A stretch of 64,000 nt of DNA, from NCBI GenBank assembly GCA_048772705.1, contig JBLWGC010000201.1, forward strand, positions 39,025-103,024. Reading direction: 5' to 3'. The translations under genes and the position numbers were made by a program. The notes under the pieces were generated by a model. The model ran no database searches, was not told where the DNA came from, and saw nothing but the letters and a program-made list of their open reading frames with translations. Shown in pieces: positions 34,995-45,515 of this stretch; positions within the stretch are counted from its first letter, which is position 1; the number at the start of each line of letters is the position of its first letter. Source of the DNA: Leidyana gryllorum EB-2025a. Its lineage: Eukaryota; Protista; Apicomplexa.

Positions 34995-36295
34995 AAGTAG
35001 CAAATAAGTGTGAAACAAGTGTCAAACAACTCGGAAACCAGTGTCAAGCAAGGCAGGAACATGTTGCAAACAAGTGTCAAACATGTCGCGAAGCAAGGGT
35101 CAAACCAGTTCGCAACAAGTCTCAAACATGTTGGAAACAACTCGCAAACAAGTGTCAAAAGAGTAGCAAACATGTGGCAAACAAGTGTGAAACAACTCGC
35201 AAACAAGTGTCAAGCATGTATCAAACAAGTGTCAAGCATGTGGCAAACACGTGTAAAACAAGTGAGAAGCATGTGTGTAACACGTGGCAAACAATTAGCA
35301 AACAAGTGTCAAAGATGTCGCAAACAAGTAAGTAACAAGTGTGAAACAAGTGGCAAACATGTGTCAAAGATGTCGCAAACATATCGCAAACATATCCTAA
35401 ACGAGTGTCAAACAGGTGTGAAACATGTGGCAACAAACAAGTGGCAAACATGTGTGTCACACGTGGCAAAAAAGTAGCAAAACAAGTGTCAAAGATGTCG
35501 CAAACAAGTGTCAAACGAGTGTCAAACAAGTGTGAAACATGTGGCAAACATGTAGGAAACAAGTGGCAAACGTGTGTGTAACACGTGGCAAACAAGTAGC
35601 AAAACAAGTGTCAAAGATGTCGCAAACATGTCGCAAACATGTCGCAAACAAGTGTCAAACGAGTGTCAAACAAGTGTGGAACATGTGGCAAAAAAGTGTT
35701 AAACATGTGGCGAACAAGTCTCAACGGAGTTTCAAACAAGTGTTAAACATGTGGCAAAGAACTGGCAAGCAAGTGTAAAGCATGTGTCAAACGAGTGTCA
35801 AACAAGTGTGGAACATGTGGCAAAAAAGTGTTAAACATGTGGCGAACAAGTCTCAACGGAGTTTCAAACAAGTGTTAAACATGTGGCAAAGAACTGGCAA
35901 GCAAGTGTAAAGCATGTGGCAAACAAGTTTCAAACGAGTGTCAAACAAGTGTGGAACATGTGGGAAAAAAGTGTTAAACATGTGGTGAACAAGTCTCAAC
36001 GGAGTTTCAAACAAGTGTTAAACATGTGGCAAAGAAGTGGCAAACACGTGTCAAACGAGAGTCAAACAAGTGTGAAATATGTGGCAGAAAAGTGTTTAAC
36101 ATGTGGCGAACAAGTCTCAACTGAGTGTCAAAGAAGTATGAAAGATGTGGCAAAGAAGTGGCAAGCAAGTGTAAAGCATGTAGCAAACAAGTGTCAAACG
36201 AGTGTCAAACAAGTAGCAAGCAAGTAGCAAACAAGTAGGAAACAGGTAGCAAACAAGTGTCAAACATGTCGCAAACAAGTCTCGAACATGTTGCA
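34995..36295. repeat. 11-bp satellite of H1
   Basis: Same array as H0. Confidence 0.95.
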
Positions 36296-36402
36296 AAGGG
36301 GTATTGAAGGTGCTACAAAGAGATGTGTAACACAAGTATCATCTGGTACAAGTTGCACACTGGTGACGAACTCTGCTTTTTTGAAAAATTTGGTAAGGGG
36401 TT

Positions 36403-36610
36403 AAGGATGACGACATGAAAAATTCCGATGAATTAGTAACGGGTTAAGGATGACGACATGAAAAATTCCGATGAATTTGTAACGAGATAAGGATGACGAC
36501 ATGAAAAATTCCGATGAATTTGTAACGAGATAAGGATGACGACATCAAAAAACACCGATAAACTTGTAACGAGATAAGGGTGACGACATCAAAAAATGTG
36601 ATAAATTTCG
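36403..36610. repeat. About 43-bp minisatellite (AAGGATGACGACATGAAAAATTCCGATGAATTTGTAACGAGAT), about 5 units; about 4 units in H3, H4 and H6
   Basis: Direct tandem repeats visible in the sequence. Confidence 0.92.
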
Positions 36611-37727
36611 CTTAGAGACACCCAATAACCTCAGTAGACGAGAAATGCGGTAGGGGAGACTGAGAATGACTCAATGAGATGTTAGCCGGGGCGTCACTGG
36701 ATGCTGGTTGGGGCAGGTAGCGAATGGGGGTCAGTTGGCTGGGATAAAAACTGCACAATGGGGAGGTGAGGCTCTGGTCGCAAAGTGGCGAAGCTCCTTG
36801 GGGGCGTTCTGGGATGTGTGGGGATGAGGTGTGGGAACTTACTTGGTGTGGGAACGTGCCAGACCAGTCTGAGTGGCACGAGGTCACGTCTTGGGAACAT
36901 CTGGGGGGGAAGAAAGCGAGCGCGAGCGAGAAGAGGGCTTTTTGGATCTGAGAACAAAAATAACAGTCCAAGTCCCACGTCTCGCACACCAAATCTTGGG
37001 AAAAGTGGCTCGTTTGGGCTGCTATCTGTTGCTTGCGAGCCGCACGAGGGCTAAATTAAGGAGTCTGACGACCCTTACATCTCGATGGGAGGCTAGTTTG
37101 CTGTAGCGAACGAGCCAATTGAAGTTTGGGAAGTCTCATTTTTGCAAAAATCAGGCCTTCTCGTGTCTCAGAGAGCTCGAGAGAGTCGCCTATCTCCTAT
37201 TCTAGCGGCGAGATTGCGCCTAAAATCTGGCTGCCAACTAATCAGGCCACTACTATTCCTAAGGTAAGCGAGAGAGCTAGTCTAGAGCTCCTAATCAAAT
37301 TCCTATTTCACTAAAAGTCGTTTCTGGTACCCCCTAAGAACCCCCAAAAAACCTACGGTAATGGTCGGGCTCACCCTTGCGGGTTTCGCCGACCTGCACA
37401 ACGACATCAAAAAAATGTAATAAATTTCGCTTAGAGCCACCCAATAACCTCAGTAGACGAGAAAGACGGTAGGGGAGACTGTTAGCACTCCAATTCCCCT
37501 CCTCGACCAACCCCCGCAGCTACCCCCCGGCACCGGCACTCAGCGGGGCGGCCGACTACTGCGTACCAGGTAGGAAACCCTCCCAGAAGTCTGTAACCTG
37601 TTGGCCGGAGCCAATCCGGCAAATTGCGTGTCTCGACCCGGGCCGGCCGGCCGGAGACACGGCAACACACGTGTGTACTTACCTTTTCGTTGCGTGCCGC
37701 GAACCAGAATTACCGTCGAGATCAACC

Positions 37728-38786
37728 ATGCCTCCTAGAAAGAACAGTGAAGCCCGCGGGGCTGAAAATGGTAGCAGTACGTCGTTAGAAACCACCCAAG
37801 CCACCAAACAACCGACGTCCTCTTCCTCCGAATCCTTGGCCACCACTCACCTAGAAAGCTCAACCAACCTAGATCTACTGAATAACGCTATGCTTGAAAT
37901 ACTCACCTTGCTCCGATCGGGCGCAGCGGCGACTTCCCAGCCGACGGTGCACCCCACGAGTCCGCAGCCACCTCCGGCCAGGGATGCCATCTTCATGGAC
38001 GGACAAGATCCGCTGAAGAACATGCCTACCTTCGACGGCCGACGTCGCAAGGAAGCTCAAGAGTGGCTTGACGCCATATCTCTTCGATTCAGGACACGCC
38101 ACACCCCAGACGACCACCGGGCAGCGTGGGCATGCTCTTACCTCCACGGCTCAGCCGCACAGTGGGCCCTGACCTTACCCGACTTACCCGACCAAAGCTG
38201 GGACAACTTCCAGTCCTCCTTCTTGAAGGAATTCGCTCCCCGATCCACAACTGACGACCCCTTCACATGCTTCGTGGACTTACGCAAGACATCGTCCATG
38301 CAAGAATACGTGGACGAAAGCCGCAGGCTGAGACGCGCCATCCCCAAGACAGTTCCGGACGACCTCTTGGTGAAGATGTTCTACCGCGGACTGCCCCCCT
38401 CTGACGACCAATTGGTAGCCGCCAACTTGGGCGTTACCTTTGAAGAGGCGGCGCAGCGAGCCTTGGAATGGGCCGAGAGGATAGGGAACCGCCCCTCAGC
38501 CGAGGTCTTCCAGTACCGCGTCACCCCGAGTGGAGGATCAGTGGGCTCCCGCTGCCCCTTCACTTACCAGCAATGTATAGAAGAACGCAGGTGTTTCAAC
38601 TGCGGAAGTAGCGAACACCGATCCATCGCCTGCCCCCAGCCGAGAGACGACCGCAAACGACCATTCACCGCCCCGCGACCATCCGGTCCCATGAAGACTC
38701 GCCGAGTCCACGTTCTTGAAACCAACGCCTCCGAGGCCACTCCGCCGCGGGATTTTCCCTTGGGCCCGACCAATGTGCCCAAGTAG
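37728..38786 (+). CDS. gag: Gy-F Gag
   Basis: ATG inside the LTR (MPPRKN); LHGSAAQW; CFNCGSSEHRSIAC. Confidence 0.9.
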   Translation: MPPRKNSEARGAENGSSTSLETTQATKQPTSSSSESLATTHLESSTNLDLLNNAMLEILTLLRSGAAATSQPTVHPTSPQPPPARDAIFMDGQDPLKNMPTFDGRRRKEAQEWLDAISLRFRTRHTPDDHRAAWACSYLHGSAAQWALTLPDLPDQSWDNFQSSFLKEFAPRSTTDDPFTCFVDLRKTSSMQEYVDESRRLRRAIPKTVPDDLLVKMFYRGLPPSDDQLVAANLGVTFEEAAQRALEWAERIGNRPSAEVFQYRVTPSGGSVGSRCPFTYQQCIEERRCFNCGSSEHRSIACPQPRDDRKRPFTAPRPSGPMKTRRVHVLETNASEATPPRDFPLGPTNVPK

Positions 38787-41700
38787 GCCGGGCCCTTACC
38801 GCGACTTGGGGCCTGAGCCACCCCTTGGGCAACCACCAACTTACCCGTGCGGTCATCCTGATCGATACAGGTGCAGAGGTCAGCTGCGTGTGTACCCATA
38901 TCGTCGACCAACTCAAGCTCACCGTACAACCCGTCCAGATGCACATCAAGGGGCTTTGGACGGGAGAAACGATCTCTCAACAAGCCACACTCCTCCTCCA
39001 CCTCCCGAACCGCCAGCCACTTCGCCTCACCGCCTTAGTCATTCCCGACGCCACCTACGACCTCATACTCGGTACTCCGGACATCAGCCGCGCCCGCCTC
39101 CAGATCGACACCCATAACGAGAGACTCCGCGTTATCACACACCCCCGCTCGGTCCACGTAGCCACAGTCTCATCCACCGCGACACCAACACGGAAGGACA
39201 TTCACCCCGCCGAAGTTCCCCTGCCGATACAAACCCCAATACCTCCGGAAGCACAATTTCTCGCAGAGACGTACCCTGCCGTCTTTCTTGAACACGCTCC
39301 TACGCCACCGGAACGACCTGGGATAGACCACCACATCACCCTGACCAACGTACACGCTCCCGCCTACGCCCGTCCTCCATACCGCGTGCCGCAAGTTTAT
39401 ATCAAGGAAATGAAGGACCAGTTGCTCACCTTGCTCGAAGAAGGAAAGATAACACATTCCACGTCCACCTGGGCCTCCCCGTGCCTCTTCGTCCCCAAGA
39501 AGGACACCACCACCCCTCGCCTCGTCTGCGACTATAGAGCACTCAACGAACGAACCGTGAAAACCGCGTACCCTATGCCAAACCTCCAGGACGCCCTCAT
39601 GGTCTTGAACGGGGCTCGCATTTTTAGTACCCTCGACCTAAAAAGCGGCTTTCATCAAGTCCAAGTCAGCCCTTCAAGCCGAGCACTCACCGCCTTCACA
39701 ACCCCCTGGGGACTCTTCGAGTGGGTTAGCATGCCTAACGGACTCTGCAACGCCCCCGCCACGTTCATGACCTTGATGAACCTTGTGTTCCGCGACCTGA
39801 TTGGTGAATTCGTCTTCGTTTACCTCGATGACGTACTCGTCTACAGCCCCGACCTGACCTCACACCGTCAACACCTAATGGAAGTCTTCTCCCGATTAAA
39901 CGCCCACCAACTCATCGTGCACCGCCGCAAGTCTCGATTCTTCTTGCGAGAGGTCGATTACGTCGGCCACACCATCTCATCAGAAGGAGTCAAACCACTG
40001 AAGACCAAGTGTGAAACCATCGAGAACTTACCCCTACCCTCCAATCTTCGCGAGATGCAAAGTGGGATAGGGCTCATCAACTACTACCGGCGATTCATTC
40101 CCCACTTCGCTCACCTTGCCACTCCTCTGTACGACGCCATGATCGGCCTGAAAGACCCGAAAGCGCCCATTAAAGCAACCACCGACCTTGCTACCGCCTG
40201 GACCGCCCTCAAAGCCCAATTACTTACAGCCCCGACGTTAGGGTACATACCTATGAAGACCTCACAACTCCACCTCTACACCGACGCTAGCGCCCGCGCC
40301 ATCGGCGCCACTTTGGAATACGACGAAGGGGAAGGGAAAGACAGGAAACCAGCCGATTTCTACTCGCACGCCTTGACGGATGTCGAACAGCGCTACCCGA
40401 CTCACGAAAGAGAATTGCTCGCAGTGGTGTTCGCCACTCGCCACTGGAGACACCTGCTCGTGGGAAGAGAGGTCATCGTCCATACGGACCACCGACCCCT
40501 CATATACTTAATGAAACAACCTCACCTCTCAGACCGGCAGGCTCGCTGGCTCCTCACCCTGGCAGAATATCACATCCAATTCGAATATGTCAAGGGATGC
40601 GAAAACATCATTGCTGACCTACTTAGTCGACCGAGCCCCGCCACTGCCTCCGCCAAACCAACCACGGCCGCAACAATCCTCCTACTGAGCGCAGACGCAA
40701 ATCCATTACGACAAACCGACACCGCTGACTTACCGCCGCCAGACTCCGCCTCCGCATCCGACGAAATACGCAATTCCGCCTCGCCGCTACCGCAAGACGA
40801 CGAAATACGCAACTCCACTCCGCCGATACCGCCAAACACTCTAACGACCGACAATCATCACACGAACCGCCGAAACGAAAATTCGCAACGAAACGAAATT
40901 TTACATCAAACTCAGCCACAGACCCAACTCCCACCGATACACAACCGCCTGCTGAGATCGTGGCGCATCCGAACTCATGAAGCAGGCGCATGCGGGCCTA
41001 TATCATGGATCAACGACTTGCCAATCACGGAGGAGGGCTGTATAGAAGTACCACTGGATCCCAAACTGATCTACGACATCATCGATGAAGCCCATTCCAC
41101 CCTTGCCGCCGGACACTACGGACCCCAGAAGACGGCTAACCGGATACGCGCTACTTTCACCTGGCCTGGACTGACCAACGACGTGGCCCAATTCTGTCGA
41201 CAATGCCAGGTCTGTCAGTTAGGTAAGCAGAGGCGCCACCGCCCCCTCGGCCTCCTAAATCCCCTCAACATACCCTCACAACCATGGGTCGAGGTCCACA
41301 TGGACTTTTTGGAGCTACCACCAGATACGCGGACGGGACACAACTACCTCATGGTCGTAGTTGACCGTCTTTCGCGAAGGGCGCGGCTTATACCGTGCCA
41401 AAAGTCTATCGACGCAGCATCCACAGCCCGACTCTTCCTTGATCACATTGTGAAACTTCATGGGCTCCCCCAACGAATCATCTCTGACCGCGACGTCAGG
41501 TTCATGTCCAACCTCTGGCGTTCCCTCTTCCAAGGCCTGGGAACCACGTTGGCGTTTACCACGGCGTACCATCCCCAGACCAACGGTCTGGCAGAACGCA
41601 CCAACCAGTCTGTCCTCCAACTGCTTAAACTCTCAATGGAAGGACTGAGGGACGAATGGACGCATCTAGTCCCGGCTATTGAAATAGCGTTCAATTCCAG

Positions 41701-42466
41701 CACCAGTAAGTCCTCGAACTTTACACCGTTCGAGATAGACAACGGACGCCCCATGGCCCTTCCCCACTCCCAGTGGGCACTCTCGCTCACCCGATCTAAC
41801 GCGGCCCAAGCCCCCCTCTACCTTGAACGGCTGCAAGAAGCTCGTGACCGCCTCCACCACGCCCGCGACCTCATGAAGACCCAAGGCGACTGCCGCCGCG
41901 TACCCTGCACTTTCAACCTCAACGACCTAGTGCTCCTACGCACTCGAAAACTCTCCCACGTCCCCCAGCACAAGCTAGCCCTCCCCTTCTGTGGACCCTT
42001 TCGAATCCTCCAGCGCTTGCCAGGCGATGTCTACCAGCTTGAGCTCCCGAACGATTGGCGAATATCCCCCCGCTTTCACGTTTCACGATTAGAGCCCTTT
42101 ACGTGTGACATCAACCCGACGCCTCCGAACACGACCAACACCCCCCACTCTCCCGCTGAACCGGAACTATATATCATGGAACAGGTTTTAGGTGAAGAAC
42201 TCACCGACGACGGCCTCAAGTACCTCGTCAAGTGGCGAGGATACGCCAACCCAACCTGGGAGCCCGCCGAACACGTACTGGAAGCAGATGGGCAAGATCT
42301 GATTGCTGCCTTCCACAGAAGCTATTCCACTCGGAACCCCCGCAACCCCTACACTGATCTGGAAGGGAGGGATGTTAGCACTCCAATTCCCCTCCTCGAC
42401 CAACCCCCGCAGCTACCCCCCGGCACCGGCACTCAGCGGGGCGGCCGACTACTGCGTACCAGGTAG
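38750..42466 (+). CDS. pol: Gy-F Pol (PR-RT-RH-INT-chromodomain)
   Basis: LIDTGAE, YLDD, TDASARAIG, QTNGLAER, PFCGPF, YLVKWRGY. Confidence 0.95.
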   Translation, partial: GFSLGPDQCAQVGRALTATWGLSHPLGNHQLTRAVILIDTGAEVSCVCTHIVDQLKLTVQPVQMHIKGLWTGETISQQATLLLHLPNRQPLRLTALVIPDATYDLILGTPDISRARLQIDTHNERLRVITHPRSVHVATVSSTATPTRKDIHPAEVPLPIQTPIPPEAQFLAETYPAVFLEHAPTPPERPGIDHHITLTNVHAPAYARPPYRVPQVYIKEMKDQLLTLLEEGKITHSTSTWASPCLFVPKKDTTTPRLVCDYRALNERTVKTAYPMPNLQDALMVLNGARIFSTLDLKSGFHQVQVSPSSRALTAFTTPWGLFEWVSMPNGLCNAPATFMTLMNLVFRDLIGEFVFVYLDDVLVYSPDLTSHRQHLMEVFSRLNAHQLIVHRRKSRFFLREVDYVGHTISSEGVKPLKTKCETIENLPLPSNLREMQSGIGLINYYRRFIPHFAHLATPLYDAMIGLKDPKAPIKATTDLATAWTALKAQLLTAPTLGYIPMKTSQLHLYTDASARAIGATLEYDEGEGKDRKPADFYSHALTDVEQRYPTHERELLAVVFATRHWRHLLVGREVIVHTDHRPLIYLMKQPHLSDRQARWLLTLAEYHIQFEYVKGCENIIADLLSRPSPATASAKPTTAATILLLSADANPLRQTDTADLPPPDSASASDEIRNSASPLPQDDEIRNSTPPIPPNTLTTDNHHTNRRNENSQRNEILHQTQPQTQLPPIHNRLLRSWRIRTHEAGACGPISWINDLPITEEGCIEVPLDPKLIYDIIDEAHSTLAAGHYGPQKTANRIRATFTWPGLTNDVAQFCRQCQVCQLGKQRRHRPLGLLNPLNIPSQPWVEVHMDFLELPPDTRTGHNYLMVVVDRLSRRARLIPCQKSIDAASTARLFLDHIVKLHGLPQRIISDRDVRFMSNLWRSLFQGLGTTLAFTTAYHPQTNGLAERTNQSVLQLLKLSMEGLRDEWTHLVPAIEIAFNSSTSKSSNFTPFEIDNGRPMALPHSQWALSLTRSNAAQAPLYLERLQEARDRLHHARDLMKTQGDCRRVPCTFNLNDLVLLRTRKLSHVPQHKLALPFCGPFRILQRLPGDVYQLELPNDWRISPRFHVSRLEPFTCDINPTPPNTTNTPHSPAEPELYIMEQVLGEELTDDGLKYLVKWRGYANPTWEPAEHVLEADGQDLIAAFHRSYSTRNPRNPYTDLEGRDVSTPIPLLDQPPQLPPGTGTQRGGRLLRTR

Positions 42467-44475
42467 GAAACCCTCCCAGAAGTCTGTAACCTGTTGGCCG
42501 GAGCCAATCCGGCAAATTGCGTGTCTCGACCCGGGCCGGCCGGCCGGAGACACGGCAACACACGTGTGTACTTACCTTTTCGTTGCGTGCCGCGAACCAG
42601 AATTACCGTCGAGATCAACCATGCCTCCTAGAAAGAACAGTGAAGCCCGCGGGGCTGAAAGAGACTGAGAATGACTCAATGAGATGTTAGCTGGGGCGTC
42701 ACTGGATGCTGGTTGGGGCAGGTAGCGAATGGGGGTCAGTTGGCTGGGATAAAAAGTGCACAACGGGGAGGTGAGGCTCTGGTCGCAAAGTGGCGAAGCT
42801 CCTTGGGGGCTTTCTGGGATGTGTGGGGATGAGTTGCGGGAACTTACTTGGTGTGGGAACGTGCCAGACCAGTCTGAGTGGCACGAGGTCACGTCTTGGG
42901 AACATCTGCGGGGAAGAAAGCGAGCGCGAGCGAGAAGAGGGCTTTTTGGATCTGAGAACAGAAATAACAGTACAAGTCCCACGTCTCGCACACCAAATCT
43001 TGGGAAAAGTGGCTCGTTTGGGCTGCTATCTGTTGCTTGCGAGCCGCACGAGAGCTAAATTAAGGAGTCTGACGACTAGTTTGCCTGTAACCTTTGGTTC
43101 GGCGTTTCGGTCGGCTTCGATGGCTGTTGTGACTGCTGTTTGCTTTTGGATTATGTGGTTTATGTGGTTGTTTATCGCTGCATTGTACTGTGTTTGCGTG
43201 TTTGCGACTGTTTAGCTTTCAATTCTCTACACGTTCCGGTTGCTGTAGCGTGCGCAAGTAAGGTCTGATGTGGTGTGTATTGTGCTAATAAAAGACTGTG
43301 ACGATATAGCTGTGTTGCTTAGTATGTTGACAGGTATCGTGCTTGTTATGTATTGACTAGTTTGCCTGTAACCTTTGGTTCGGCGTTTCGGTCGGCTTCG
43401 ATGGCTGTTGTGACTGCTGTTTGCTTTTGGATTATGTGGTTTATGTGGTTGTTTATCGCTGCATTGTACTGTGTTTGCGTGTTTGCGACTGTTTAGCTTT
43501 CAATTCTCTACACGTTCCGGTTGCTGTAGCGTGCGCAAGTAAGGTCTGATGTGGTGTGTATTGTGCTAATAAAAGACTGTGACGATATAGCTGTGTTGCT
43601 TAGTATGTTGACAGGTATCGTGCTTGTTATGTATTGATTTGTGAGACTATATGAGCTGGAGATGCATGATTGTATGAGTGTATGGCGTGTATTTTGGTAA
43701 CTGTGCTGTGATGTGTAGTATGCTCAGTTTGCTAAAGTGAATATGGAGCAACTTGGAAGGTTATGTGTGAGTGATATTGGTTTAGATGGTTTGTCTGCTA
43801 GGTGTGAAGGGTCTAGAGTGAGCTAGCGATTCGCTCGTTAAGTGAGGGAGTATTTGTAGACGTATAAAAGCTTGTAATGCTAGATATAGGGGAATCAAAT
43901 ACATCGGAGTTGAATTGAGAGTGTTGAGAAGAATGTCATGAGTCCAATGCGTATCGTGGAGGTTATGTATTGGAGTGAATGGGAATTTGTAAGAATATGT
44001 GTATGGGGTCAAGTTATGCATGATATTTGGGTGTTGATTCGGACGACATGAATTTGGCTAATGATAGGTAGGTTAATAGGAGTATATTGACAATTGTGAT
44101 GTAGTTCGAGGTGTGGTAAGAGGGTGGTGGTCAGTTGTTTGCTATAAAACATTGAGAGAGTGTATATATGCTAAGAGTTATGAGTATTCGAATTGTTAGT
44201 GTACGAGCGGGATGTTAAGGCTGATATGTATATTGAGTAATAGTGTGCGTGAGGAAGTATTGATGGGGTGTGGGGAGCGCCCTTGTCGCTTCGCTCGGGC
44301 GCTTCCCCATACCCATCGTTTCTGTGAGATTTATTTATTGATGGAATACTTAGCAACGTATCGTGAATGTGATAAGCAGAACGAACCAATGGCATCAATC
44401 TTGCGTGCAATTGCTCCGGAACGATATGTACGAGTTCAAATGACTTGTAGAGAAGTGCCATTTAAGTACCTATAA

Positions 44476-45515
44476 TAGCAAAGAAGTGTGAAACAAGTGT
44501 CAAACAACTCGGAAACCAGTGTCAAACAAGGCTCGAACATGTTGCAAACAAGTGTCAAACATGTCGCGAAGCAAGGGTCAAACAAGTTCGCAACAAGTCT
44601 CAAACATGTTGCAAACAACTCGCAAACAAGTGTCAAAAGAGTAGCAAACATGTGGCAAACAAGTGTCAAACAACTCGCAAACAAGTGTCAAACATGTATC
44701 AAGCAAGTGTCAAGCATGTGGCAAACATGTGTCAAACAAGTGAGAAGCATGTGTGTAACACGTGGCAAACAAGTAGCAAAACAAGTGCCAAAGATGTCGC
44801 AAACAAGTGTCAAACGAGTGTCAAACGAGTGTCAAACGAGTGTCAAACCAGTGTGGAACATGTGGCAAAAAAGTGTTAAACATGTGGCGAACAAGTCTCA
44901 ACGGAGTTTCAAACAAGTGTAAAGCATGTGGCAAAGAACTGGCAAGCAAGTGTAAAGCATGTGGCAAACAAGTTTCAAAGAAGTATCAAACAAGTAGCAA
45001 ACAAGTGTCAAACGAGTGTCGAACAAGTGTGGAACATGTGGCAAAAAAGTGTTAAACATGTGGCGAACAAGTCTCAACGGAGTTTCAAACAAGTGTTAAA
45101 CATGTGGCAAAGAACTGGCAAGCAAGTGTAAAGCATGTGGCAAACAAGTTTCAAACGAGTGTCAAACAAGTGTGGAACATGTGGGAAAAAAGTGTTAAAC
45201 ATGTGGTGAACAAGTCTCAACGGAGTTTCAAACAAGTGTTAAACATGTGGCAAAGAAGTGGCAAACACGTGTCAAACGAGAGTCAAACAAGTGTGAAATA
45301 TGTGGCAGAAAAGTGTTTAACATGTGGCGAACAAGTCTCAACTGAGTGTCAAAGAAGTATGAAAGATGTGGCAAAGAAGTGGCAAGCAAGTGTAAAGCAT
45401 GTAGCAAACAAGTGTCAAACGAGTGTCAAACAAGTAGCAAGCAAGTAGCAAACAAGTAGGAAACAGGTAGCAAACAAGTGTCAAACATGTCGCAAACAAG
45501 TCTCGAACATGTTGC
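44476..45515. repeat. 11-bp satellite of H3
   Basis: Same array as H0 and H1. Confidence 0.95.

Larger units (their letters stand above)
33266..37401 (-). mobile_element. H1: non-autonomous Helitron-like copy (core 33952-37401) plus a putative 3'-transduced segment 33266-33951
   Basis: 5' TTGTGCAGG at 37401; CTAG at 33952-33955; the extension ends CTAA|TC at 33266. Confidence 0.8.
37480..42660 (+). mobile_element. Gy-F: intact full-length Ty3/Gypsy chromovirus-like element (5181 bp) with TG...AA LTRs
   Basis: 288-bp LTRs 37480-37767 and 42373-42660, TSD gagac, PBS 37769, PPT 42361-42372. Confidence 0.96.
25973..43075 (-). mobile_element. H0: host non-autonomous Helitron-like copy, fragmented (25973-27084, 31966-33265, 37402-37479, 42661-43075); both termini are outside the window
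   Basis: Fragments are collinear with the intact copy H4 once the insertions are removed. Confidence 0.75.

Noticed and set aside
36403-36610. 43-bp repeats or the 11-bp satellite as a CRISPR array
   Set aside because: Contiguous tandem units without unique spacers, no cas genes, and a eukaryotic TE context.
454-42400. Numerous 60-230 aa antisense or alternative-frame ORFs over gag/pol
   Set aside because: Shadows of long coding regions, with no motifs.
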